A DNA stretch of 64,000 nt, taken from NCBI GenBank assembly GCA_963727095.1, contig CAVSEQ010000001.1, forward strand, positions 18,083 to 82,082, given 5' to 3'. This stretch comes from Candidatus Aminicenantes bacterium (GTDB lineage Bacteria > Acidobacteriota > Aminicenantia > Aminicenantales > Saccharicenantaceae). Below the pieces are notes generated by a model. That model had not been told where the DNA came from. It did not search any database and saw only the letters and a program-made list of their open reading frames with translations. Shown here one piece after another: positions 9,445-17,388 of this stretch (the first letter of the stretch is position 1; every line of letters begins with the position of its first letter). The translations under genes and the position numbers were made by a program.

Positions 9445-10056
9445 TCACTTCCACCCCCGAGCGGACATGGCCGCATAGATGCGCTCGGCCCGCTCCGTCG
9501 AACGAAGGAACAACTGGCCGATGACCCGCGAAAGGAACAGCCAGGTCCCTTCGTGAGTCTTTCCGAAGGTCCGGCTCTGCCGGGCGCGCCGCATGCGCTG
9601 CGTTTCGTCTACCAGGACGAAAATGTATCGGTACATCAGGGCCATCATTGTCACGAAGGCGGAGGGGGCGCGAACGCGGCGCAGGACCCGCAACAGATCG
9701 TTGAACGGCGTCGTATTGGACAGCAGGATGACGGTGACCAGGCTCAGTGTGCTTTTGGCGACGAGCATGACGAACTTCGGCAAGCCGCCCGGCTGGAACA
9801 GGGCAAGGGCCGCGACCGCCAGGATGAACGGCTCGAATAAGAGGAGCCTTTTCAGAAAAAACAGGACGGGAATGCGGCTCGCGGCGATGAGGGCAATGAG
9901 AATCGCACCGACGCCCGCGAACAGATAAGTCGGAGGGTGCGGCGGGATGACGGTGATCAATATCAATGCGAAGGCGAAAGCCGCCTTGACTGCGGCGGGC
10001 GGCCGGTGAACGGGGCTGTCGATCCGGCTGTATCGGTCCCAATAATCGTGGCGCAT
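9445..10056 (-). CDS. cbiQ: ECF transporter T component CbiQ
   Basis: 203-aa polytopic membrane protein. CbiQ-type conserved C-terminal region (FVLVDETQRMRRARQSR...ERIYAAMSARG). Sits between cbiM and cbiO. Confidence 0.85.
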   Translation of the reverse strand: MRHDYWDRYSRIDSPVHRPPAAVKAAFAFALILITVIPPHPPTYLFAGVGAILIALIAASRIPVLFFLKRLLLFEPFILAVAALALFQPGGLPKFVMLVAKSTLSLVTVILLSNTTPFNDLLRVLRRVRAPSAFVTMMALMYRYIFVLVDETQRMRRARQSRTFGKTHEGTWLFLSRVIGQLFLRSTERAERIYAAMSARGWK

Positions 10057-10063
10057 CAGATCC

Positions 10064-11038
10064 TCAATCCAGGCCGGTGTCCGGAGCGGTCCTCCTCGAT
10101 TTCCGATGGAGGGCTTTGGCCAAAACGAAGGAGACCGTGAAAACGAGAACGGCCCCGATGATTCCGGCTAAAGCCGTGGCCGCAGGCAGCGAACCGACGC
10201 CCGGAATCCGATACTCGGCGAGCGGTGAAGGAACGAGCGGCGCTCTCACCGCCTTCGCGTCGAAGCCGACCGCGGCCGCGACCTTCTCCAGACCGTCGGG
10301 CCATTTGGAGGCGAACGGCAGGACGAAGAGGACGAGGCCCAGGGTGACCAGCCCACCGTAAATCAGCAGCCCGGCGAACGACTTGGCAGACGACTCCGCG
10401 GTCCCTCCGTCCTTTGTCAACATCAGAGCGGGTCGGGCTTTATAGACGGCGGCGAGGACGAGGGCCGTAATCAGCGCTTCGCCGACCCCGATGAGCATGT
10501 GGATCCCGGCCATGGCCGGAAAGCCGACGGACCAACCCACGGTCCCGGACCACGCCAATTCCCCCGCGCAGCAGATCGAAGCAAGGACCGTAGATGCCCA
10601 GGCCGCGAAGGCCGCTCCGACAAGCGTCCCGTAGTCGGTTCGGACCGCCGCCGCGACGACGCGATAGAAAAAATATCCGGCGAGGACGGCCGCAATACCC
10701 ATGTTGAAGACGTTGGCCCCCAGGGCGAGCACGCCTCCGTCGGCGAAAAGAAAGGCCTGGGCGATAAGGACGACCGACATCACGAGAATGGCCTCGCTCG
10801 GCCCGAGCAGGACGGCGACCAGGACGGCGCCGAGGAGATGGCCCGACGTCCCGCCGACCACCGGAAAATTAATCATCTGGGCGACGAAGAGGAAGGCGGC
10901 GGCGAGCCCCATCAGAGGAACCTTTCTTGATGACATCCGGGTGCGGAGGACCCAGAGAGCCCGCCCGAGGCCCGCGACCGACAGCACAGACGCCGCAACG
11001 AGGGTTTTGGTATCGAGAAAGCCGTCAGGTATATGCAT
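10064..11038 (-). CDS. cbiM: ECF S component CbiM/NikM with fused C-terminal PDGLE (CbiN/NikN-like) domain
   Basis: N-terminus MHIPDGFLD (metal-binding Met-His start) and ~220-aa CbiM core. The C-terminal extension carries a literal PDGLE motif plus one extra TM helix. No separate cbiN gene. Confidence 0.85.
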   Translation of the reverse strand: MHIPDGFLDTKTLVAASVLSVAGLGRALWVLRTRMSSRKVPLMGLAAAFLFVAQMINFPVVGGTSGHLLGAVLVAVLLGPSEAILVMSVVLIAQAFLFADGGVLALGANVFNMGIAAVLAGYFFYRVVAAAVRTDYGTLVGAAFAAWASTVLASICCAGELAWSGTVGWSVGFPAMAGIHMLIGVGEALITALVLAAVYKARPALMLTKDGGTAESSAKSFAGLLIYGGLVTLGLVLFVLPFASKWPDGLEKVAAAVGFDAKAVRAPLVPSPLAEYRIPGVGSLPAATALAGIIGAVLVFTVSFVLAKALHRKSRRTAPDTGLD

Positions 11039-11309
11039 GGAAAAACCTAAGACCCTTATTTTTGGGCTTTCTCCACGACAAGGCTGCAGCGCAAAGTATC
11101 GTTACCAATATTCAGAACTTCATGTTCGGTATCATGAACTCTCGCAAGAGTTGCATTATATTGGAATCCATTTGACCTCACAAGTTGACGCACTGAATAG
11201 CCTTCATTTACGCAGGCCTGGAAACGACTGTTCCCCCCTCTCCGGCCTGACTTTATTCTCGGCTGCCGAACAGGGTGGTTGTTCGGCCTGCAGATGAGGG
11301 CGGGAATGC
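11039..11309 (-). promoter_or_regulatory. cbiM 5' leader: TTGTGA-17-TATAAT promoter (plus coords 11155-11183) and TTCATG-N8-CATGAA inverted repeat (11119-11138)
   Basis: Read on the minus strand: cgtcaaCTTGTGAggtcaaatggattccaaTATAAT. ~110 nt downstream leader containing an aactct-tgcg-agagtt hairpin and the TTCATG/CATGAA palindrome. Locally low GC. No B12 box recognised. Confidence 0.35.
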
Positions 11310-12512
11310 TTATCGAGCAGAGCGGAGCGCAAAGCCCAGAACCTCGAACGGCTCCTCGTCCGGCCGTCCCGGAGAGATGTGGAGCTCGGGATTCTTGCCC
11401 AGGACCATGATGGTGCAGCCGTAGGTTCCTGCATTGTTGATCCCCGAGGCGCGGTTCCGGAAGAGAGCCTTGAGGCTGTCGAGGTCGATCGTGACCGAGT
11501 TGTCCTTGAGGGCTTTCCCGAGAAAATTGAATCGCGGGCAGAGGGTCCGATATGTTTCCAGCGTCATCCCCTGGCGCTTCAACGTCTCCGGGAATCTCGG
11601 ATTGAAATCGTCGTTGATCAGTGGATGGTTCGTATGGTAGGAGAATTCGGCGCCCTCGAACGGGATGAACCTGGACATCTTGCCGGCCGAGCGCTCGAAG
11701 ACCGCGGCATCGGCTGGCCCGCCGATGACGTAGTTCTGCGGCGCCGCGGGTTGGATGTCCTGGAGAAATTTCACCGCCTGCGCGTAGGATTTTTGGCGCA
11801 GAATCCCCCTGATGACGAAGGCGACGGGAAGCCCTTTCGGGGAATAGGCAAGCTGGGTCACGGCGTTGACGCACACCCCGACCGACCGGCTGTTCAACCC
11901 GTTGGCGGCGACAACTCCCGGGATCGTAAAGACGAGGGTTTCCAGATCCTCCCGCTTGTCCCGTATGCGGAGGACCGTTTGAAAACCATGATAGAAGGTT
12001 GGGATATCCAGAGTTTGGGCGACATAAGCGGGGCTTCCGTTCCTTTTTCCGGCGGCGATGGACGTGCACTTGGAGAGGCCCAGGTCATCGTTCATGGCCC
12101 AGATCTCGTCGATGAGCTGATAAGCGTACATCGTGTCGAAATCCACTTCGGCTCCGTCGGCGACGCCTCGGACTTCGTCGAGGAGGCCCGGTGTCCAGCG
12201 GGCAATGGCCGGCTTGAAATCCGTTTTCTTCAGGAGGTTCTGGATAAAAACCTCCGGCGTGGCCCGATAAGTCTTTGCCAGATCCTCTTTCCAGCGTTTG
12301 ACAAGCTCCCGAATTTCCATCTTGAGAGTCTGGCCGTGGACCTTCCCCATCTGGTAAGGCGTTCCCTCCAGATCGACAATCCTGAGCTTCCCGGCCGGTG
12401 CGGGAATCGAGCTGTCTTGGGCTGCCAAGGCCAAGGACTGGAAGACGGCGAGGACAAGCAGGAGCACAATCCCAGTTAACGGAAATGCCATCCGCTGTTT
12501 TATTAATTGCAC
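11310..12512 (-). CDS. Peptidase C45 family protein (acyl-CoA:6-aminopenicillanic-acid acyltransferase / choloylglycine-hydrolase-like Ntn hydrolase), secreted
   Basis: Signal peptide. Conserved ...GLSKCTSIAAG... with the Cys-Thr nucleophile context typical of C45/AAT-family autoproteolytic enzymes. ~400 aa. GTG start at 12512 preceded by GGAGGGGAG. Confidence 0.65.
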   Translation of the reverse strand: MQLIKQRMAFPLTGIVLLLVLAVFQSLALAAQDSSIPAPAGKLRIVDLEGTPYQMGKVHGQTLKMEIRELVKRWKEDLAKTYRATPEVFIQNLLKKTDFKPAIARWTPGLLDEVRGVADGAEVDFDTMYAYQLIDEIWAMNDDLGLSKCTSIAAGKRNGSPAYVAQTLDIPTFYHGFQTVLRIRDKREDLETLVFTIPGVVAANGLNSRSVGVCVNAVTQLAYSPKGLPVAFVIRGILRQKSYAQAVKFLQDIQPAAPQNYVIGGPADAAVFERSAGKMSRFIPFEGAEFSYHTNHPLINDDFNPRFPETLKRQGMTLETYRTLCPRFNFLGKALKDNSVTIDLDSLKALFRNRASGINNAGTYGCTIMVLGKNPELHISPGRPDEEPFEVLGFALRSAR

Positions 12513-12614
12513 CAGGTTTTGCTCCCCTCCGTCAGTCCGGGGCGATTAATATACCATAAACATCCGCTTTCCAGCGCAAAAGGCTTACCTCATCAATAAT
12601 TACGTCAGCCGATG

Positions 12615-15600
12615 TCAGCCGCCTTTCTTGACCGGGGCGGCCGGGCCCTCCGCTTTGATCGGGTAGGGAGGTCTGTGCAGCGGCGGCGGCATGGTCTTGA
12701 GGCCTTCCAGTGCCAACTCGATGGCCTTCTCGAGCTGTGGGTCGTGACCCTGAACTTCGAGGTCCGGTCTCTGCTCGACCGTGACGTCGGGATCGACGCC
12801 GTGGTTTTCGACCACCCATCCGCCGCCCGGCGCCGGGTCCCACCACGCCCAGCCGGGGGCCGTGACGGAACTCCCGTCCATCATGGGAGGAAGTCCGCCC
12901 GTGCCGATGACGCCTCCCCACGTGCGTGTGCCGACCAGCGGTCCGATCTTTTCCTTCTTGAAGTAATACGGGAAGAGATCGCCGCCCGATCCGGCCCGTT
13001 CATTGACCAGCATGATCTTCGGCCCGAAATACGCTGACTGCGGCACGAAGTCCTTTCCTCCGCGCGGGGCCAGAGCTAGAAGCAGCCGGCGGCTAAGCTT
13101 TTCGGTGTAGAAGTCCGGCGACCAGCCGCCGTGGTTGTAGCGTTCGTCGACGATGAGACCGTCCTTGCCGAGCTGTCCCGTGAAATACTTGTCGAACATG
13201 ACGATGCCCATGACCGAGGTATCCGGCACGTGCATATAGGCGACCCGGCCTCCCGTGGCCTTGTCGACCTTGCGGCGATTGCCCTCGACCCAGTTGAGGT
13301 AGCGCAGATTCCCTTCGCTCCCGATTGTCCGGACGAGGATCTCCCAAGCTCCCTGCGTGCTCGGCTTATCATTGACCTTCAGCGTGATCAGCTTGTCCGC
13401 CATATTCTGGAAATAGGCGTAGGGTTCGCGGTCGGCGCGGGCGAGTTCCCCTTCGACGGCGATGAGGTAATCGCCCTCCTTCACTTTGAGTCCCGGTTCG
13501 GTCAGGGGCGAGCGCGTGGAGTCGGACCAGTTTTCCCCGGGATAAATTTTCTTAATGCGGAAGAAGCCTCCGTCAGGCTCGAAGTCGGCCCCGAGAAGGC
13601 CGACGCCGACCCGCTTGCGGTCCGGCATGTCGCCGCCGCCGACATAGGTGTGGCCGGTATCGAGCTCGGCGATCATTTCGCCGATGATGTAGTTGAGATC
13701 GCTCCGGTGGGCCACCCAGGGGAGGAGCGCCTCGTACCGCTTGCCGATGGCCGCCCAGTCGGCGCCGCCCATGCCGGGATCCCAATAGAAATCGCGTTCG
13801 ACGCGCCATGCTTCGCGCAGGAGCTCCGGCCATTCGACCTTCGGGTCCGATCGCACCTGCATGGCCGAGGTGTTGAGTTTGCCGTCGCCGACCTTCTTGC
13901 CGGGTGCGGCATCGACGATGCCGAGAGTGTCGCCTGCGGCATAAATCAGTTTGGCGCCTTCCTTATCGACCTCGAAGTCGCCGACACCCTGCATCAGGAC
14001 CTTGTCCTCGCGCTTTTTCACGTCAAAGAGATGGAGGGTCGGCTCAGGAGATGGTCCGGGCGACGCAAGCTGCCTGGCTTCCATGGGAATCGTCACGTAG
14101 AAGAGTTTGTCCTTGCGGACGACGAGATGTCCGATCATTCCAGGCGGAATTGGGGCCTGCGAAACACGGCCCGCCAGGCCCTGGAAGTCGATCTGAATGG
14201 GCTTTACGGAGGGCTTGTTGCTTGGCTTCGGTGCCGTAGTTTCGGCCGAGGTGTCCGCCTTCTTCTCGCCCGTCTTCGCTGCTGGAGGCTGAGCGGAAGT
14301 GCCGGGCTTCAGCCCCGGAGCTTCAGCGGAGGGATCGGCCGCTTTTTCCTCGTCGCTCTGAGGCCCAAAGGGCGCCGGTTCGTCCACCTTAAGGGTCAGG
14401 GCAAAGATTCCCGCCAAGTTGTGGTATCCGAATCTTGCCTCCAAGGCGCTTTGAACGGGCATAAAGAAACGGGCGGAGAGGAAATAAAGATACTTGCCGT
14501 CAGGATCAAATAACGGATTCACGTCGTCATAAAAACCGTCGCTCACCTGATGGCTTTTCTTCTCGGCGATCGAGTACAGGAAAATCAATCCCTTGTCGCT
14601 GCCGTTAAGGGGTTTCGTATAGGCGAGCCATAAGTTGTCGGGAGACCAGGACGCACTCATGCGGGTATCGTACTCGGCGCTGTCCACGAGGACAGGCTGC
14701 TTTTGATCGATATCAACGTACCAGAGCCGGAGCTGCTTATCGGAGTAGGCGATCTTCTTCGAGTCCGGCGACCAGGCGGGATTGTAAAGATACCGCGTGT
14801 CGGCGCCGTTCGAGGTTACCTTGATAGCGTCTCCGCCCATCTGGGGCTCGACATAGAGCTCATATTCGCCGCCGCGGTCGGAAAAGTAGGCGATCCACCG
14901 CCCGTCCGGCGACCACACGGGATCCAGCTCGTGGGCGCTGGGGGTGTCGGTGAGGTTCCGCGGACCGCCGTGCTCAGCGGGGAGAGTGAAGACCTCGCCG
15001 CGCGCTTCGACCAGGCCGCGGGCGCCGGTCGGGGATATGTCGAATGAGCCGATGCGGCTGCCGACGGACTTGAACTCAGGCCGGGCCGCGACGTCGTCGC
15101 TTGCGACCGAGACGGGGATATTGCGGGCTTCGTTCGTCTTGAGGTCGTAGGCGTAGAGGAGCCCGCCGTTTTCATACACGATGGCGTCGGTCCCCAGGCT
15201 CGGCCACTTGATGTCATAGTCCTTGTAATGGGTGAGCTCTTCGGCCTGTTTCGTGGCCAGGTCCATCCGATAGAGGTTCATGACGCCGTCGCGGTCGGAA
15301 ATGAAATAGACGGCGTTGCCGTGCCACATGGGGAACATGTCCATCGCTTCGGTGGTCGGCAGCGCCTCGTAGGACTTTTTCTCGAGGTCCCAGATGGCGA
15401 TCGGGCTCTTCCAGCCGCCTCGGTACCGCTTCCAGGTGCGGAACTCCTGGGACGTATAATTGAACGCGATACGCTTGCCGTCGGGGGCAAAACTAACGAG
15501 CGAGGCGCGCGGGAGGTTGAGCATTTCCGGGATGCCGCCGTCGGGCGAGATGAGAAAGAGCCGGTCGAAATCGGGGAGGTCGCTCGCGCGGTTGGAGCGG

Positions 15601-15986
15601 AAGAGGATCCGTCCGTCCGGGGACCAGCCTAAAACCATGTCGTTCGACGGGTGGAACGTCAGGCGCTTCGGCTCGCCGCCGGCGGCCGGGATCACGAAGA
15701 CGTCATTGTTGCCGTCGTATTGTCCGGTGAAAGCGATCCACTTTCCGTCCGGCGAGAACTTCGGGTAGAGTTCGTCTCCGGGATGCGACGTAAGACGGCG
15801 GGCCGGGCCGCCCTTTGTCGAGGCGGTCCACAGGTCGCCGGCATAGACGAAGACAACCTGGTCACGTCCGATGTCGGGGAATCGCAGGAGGCGCGTCGGG
15901 GCCGGGGTCGACGTTTGGGCACCGCCTTGGGTCGACAAAAGCAAAACCAGAAATAACGCCACGGAAATCCGACGGAAAGCTTTCAT
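12615..15986 (-). CDS. Tricorn protease homolog (beta-propellers + PDZ + C-terminal S41 peptidase), secreted
   Basis: Start ATG 15986 (MKAFRRISVALFLVLLLS signal; GGAGGA SD). N-terminal TolB-like WD40 repeats (PDGKWIAF, SPDGRWIAY). Low-complexity linker. C-terminal S41 domain (...MFDKYFTGQLGKDGLIVDERYNHGGW...). Length ~1120 aa matches tricorn. Confidence 0.8.
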   Translation of the reverse strand: MKAFRRISVALFLVLLLSTQGGAQTSTPAPTRLLRFPDIGRDQVVFVYAGDLWTASTKGGPARRLTSHPGDELYPKFSPDGKWIAFTGQYDGNNDVFVIPAAGGEPKRLTFHPSNDMVLGWSPDGRILFRSNRASDLPDFDRLFLISPDGGIPEMLNLPRASLVSFAPDGKRIAFNYTSQEFRTWKRYRGGWKSPIAIWDLEKKSYEALPTTEAMDMFPMWHGNAVYFISDRDGVMNLYRMDLATKQAEELTHYKDYDIKWPSLGTDAIVYENGGLLYAYDLKTNEARNIPVSVASDDVAARPEFKSVGSRIGSFDISPTGARGLVEARGEVFTLPAEHGGPRNLTDTPSAHELDPVWSPDGRWIAYFSDRGGEYELYVEPQMGGDAIKVTSNGADTRYLYNPAWSPDSKKIAYSDKQLRLWYVDIDQKQPVLVDSAEYDTRMSASWSPDNLWLAYTKPLNGSDKGLIFLYSIAEKKSHQVSDGFYDDVNPLFDPDGKYLYFLSARFFMPVQSALEARFGYHNLAGIFALTLKVDEPAPFGPQSDEEKAADPSAEAPGLKPGTSAQPPAAKTGEKKADTSAETTAPKPSNKPSVKPIQIDFQGLAGRVSQAPIPPGMIGHLVVRKDKLFYVTIPMEARQLASPGPSPEPTLHLFDVKKREDKVLMQGVGDFEVDKEGAKLIYAAGDTLGIVDAAPGKKVGDGKLNTSAMQVRSDPKVEWPELLREAWRVERDFYWDPGMGGADWAAIGKRYEALLPWVAHRSDLNYIIGEMIAELDTGHTYVGGGDMPDRKRVGVGLLGADFEPDGGFFRIKKIYPGENWSDSTRSPLTEPGLKVKEGDYLIAVEGELARADREPYAYFQNMADKLITLKVNDKPSTQGAWEILVRTIGSEGNLRYLNWVEGNRRKVDKATGGRVAYMHVPDTSVMGIVMFDKYFTGQLGKDGLIVDERYNHGGWSPDFYTEKLSRRLLLALAPRGGKDFVPQSAYFGPKIMLVNERAGSGGDLFPYYFKKEKIGPLVGTRTWGGVIGTGGLPPMMDGSSVTAPGWAWWDPAPGGGWVVENHGVDPDVTVEQRPDLEVQGHDPQLEKAIELALEGLKTMPPPLHRPPYPIKAEGPAAPVKKGG

Positions 15987-16231
15987 ATGACTTTTCCTCC
16001 TGCTCTGTGGGATTGGCTGTGTGACAGAAATCAACAGCATATTCTATTATACGGATAAGCGGCCTCTTAGGTTGCTTTCACAACCTACCAGGGTCCTGAT
16101 GGTATGTGTCTCGGCTCCGAGAACGACCTTCATGTCTGACGAGATTCGCGGGCTTTGATCAGCTTGGCCGCCGCTTTTGGATTTCATGCCGCCGCACGGA
16201 CGTGGCCGCCACTCTTAACCTGCGCAGAGTC

Positions 16232-17191
16232 CTATTTTTTCGGCCTTGCAACGGCGACCGCGAGAGGCGCCGTAACCGGGCCGTTCGCGACGATCACGAG
16301 CGGCGTGCCGTCGGGAACAAACTCGTAGAGCTCGCGCATGTCCGGGTTGAAGAGCGCAATACAGCCGTCCGTCCAATCCTGATATTCCCGAACCCGCGCC
16401 GGATCGGTGTTGCCGGCCTGGATCTCGCCGTGGATGACGAGGTCGCCGCCGAGGTTTGTGCCCTGGGGCGGACACTTGCCCCGGCTGAGTGCGGCGGCGA
16501 TGGCCTCGAGCTCCATCGGCGCGATCAACCCGGATTTGAGGCCGCGTTGTGCGTCGTCGAGGTTCGGATAGGAGATCCACAGCGCGAGATAGAATTCGGA
16601 AGGCGTGTGGGCACAAATAAAGTACATGCCCTCAGGCGTGCGCTTGTCCCCGCGGCGCGTTTTGGGCCCGTGAGGATAGATCCCGAGCTGGACCCTATAG
16701 GCCTTGACCATTTCCTTTCCTACCCAGAGTTCGAGCCGCCGTTGGGCCTTGTTGGCCAGAAGCCTGGCGTCCTTTAGCTTACCCTTATCCAGTGGGAGGC
16801 GGGCCTCTGCAACGAGATCAGCCAGCGGACGCTCCGGACCGAACAGGGCCGGGTCGTACAGCGCAACCGTGATGTCCCAAGGCCCCATGCGTTCGGCGGG
16901 GTTGGCGGGCGCGGGCAGCGCCGCGGGTGCTTTGTATCCGGCGGCACATGACACGCAGATCACCCCTGCCGCAAACATCGCGGCGAGAATAAGCAAAATC
17001 GGGACGGTCCGAGAATAGGGGACGGTCCTGGTTATCGGCACAGGAAAATGCGAAACGTCTGCATAACGGGAACGGTCCGAAAATAGGGAACCGCCCTGGT
17101 TTTCGGCTTTGAGCTTCGATGCGCCCGGGAGCCAGGCACGCCGCCATTGCTCGGATTTCAAATGCATTGCCATTTGCCTGCGCATCACCAA
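16232..17191 (-). CDS. L,D-transpeptidase (YkuD domain); start uncertain
   Basis: Catalytic motif ...HGEIQAGNTDP...WTDGCIALF (His/Cys of YkuD). N-terminal hydrophobic anchor VPILLILAAMFAAGVICVSC. An internal ATG at 16978 lacks an SD. The upstream part of the ORF overlaps the direct repeats at 17001-17107. Confidence 0.7.
   Translation of the reverse strand: MVMRRQMAMHLKSEQWRRAWLPGASKLKAENQGGSLFSDRSRYADVSHFPVPITRTVPYSRTVPILLILAAMFAAGVICVSCAAGYKAPAALPAPANPAERMGPWDITVALYDPALFGPERPLADLVAEARLPLDKGKLKDARLLANKAQRRLELWVGKEMVKAYRVQLGIYPHGPKTRRGDKRTPEGMYFICAHTPSEFYLALWISYPNLDDAQRGLKSGLIAPMELEAIAAALSRGKCPPQGTNLGGDLVIHGEIQAGNTDPARVREYQDWTDGCIALFNPDMRELYEFVPDGTPLVIVANGPVTAPLAVAVARPKK
17001..17107. repeat. 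Two ~40-bp imperfect direct repeats (17001-17040 and 17068-17107, ~80% identical) with internal ACGGTCC sub-repeats
   Basis: Seen directly: gggacggtccgagaataggggacggtcctggttatcggca versus gggaacggtccgaaaatagggaaccgccctggttttcggc, separated by 27 bp. Located at the 5' end of the L,D-transpeptidase gene. Confidence 0.5.
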
Positions 17192-17388
17192 CTTAGCACA
17201 AGTTTTCCCGAATCTAAAACGCTTAAACCCGCTCCCATTTTAGCACGATGAGTTGGTCGCAGGCCTTCATGCTCTTCCGGCTTGTCCGCAAAAGACCACG
17301 ACTGTCCCGCATTTTGCGGTAGGATTTGGGATATTTGAAAAAGTGCCGGGAATTGATATGCTCTAGGAAAGTTGCGGAGGGTTTGAAG

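Noticed and set aside
11039-11309. Cobalamin riboswitch upstream of cbiM
   Set aside because: The location is the expected one, but I could not find the B12 box (GCCACTG-like) or the conserved GGTG...AATCC core. Left as an unidentified leader pending an Infernal scan.
16106-16777. 223-aa plus-strand ORF
   Set aside because: Antisense to the L,D-transpeptidase catalytic domain. No motifs.
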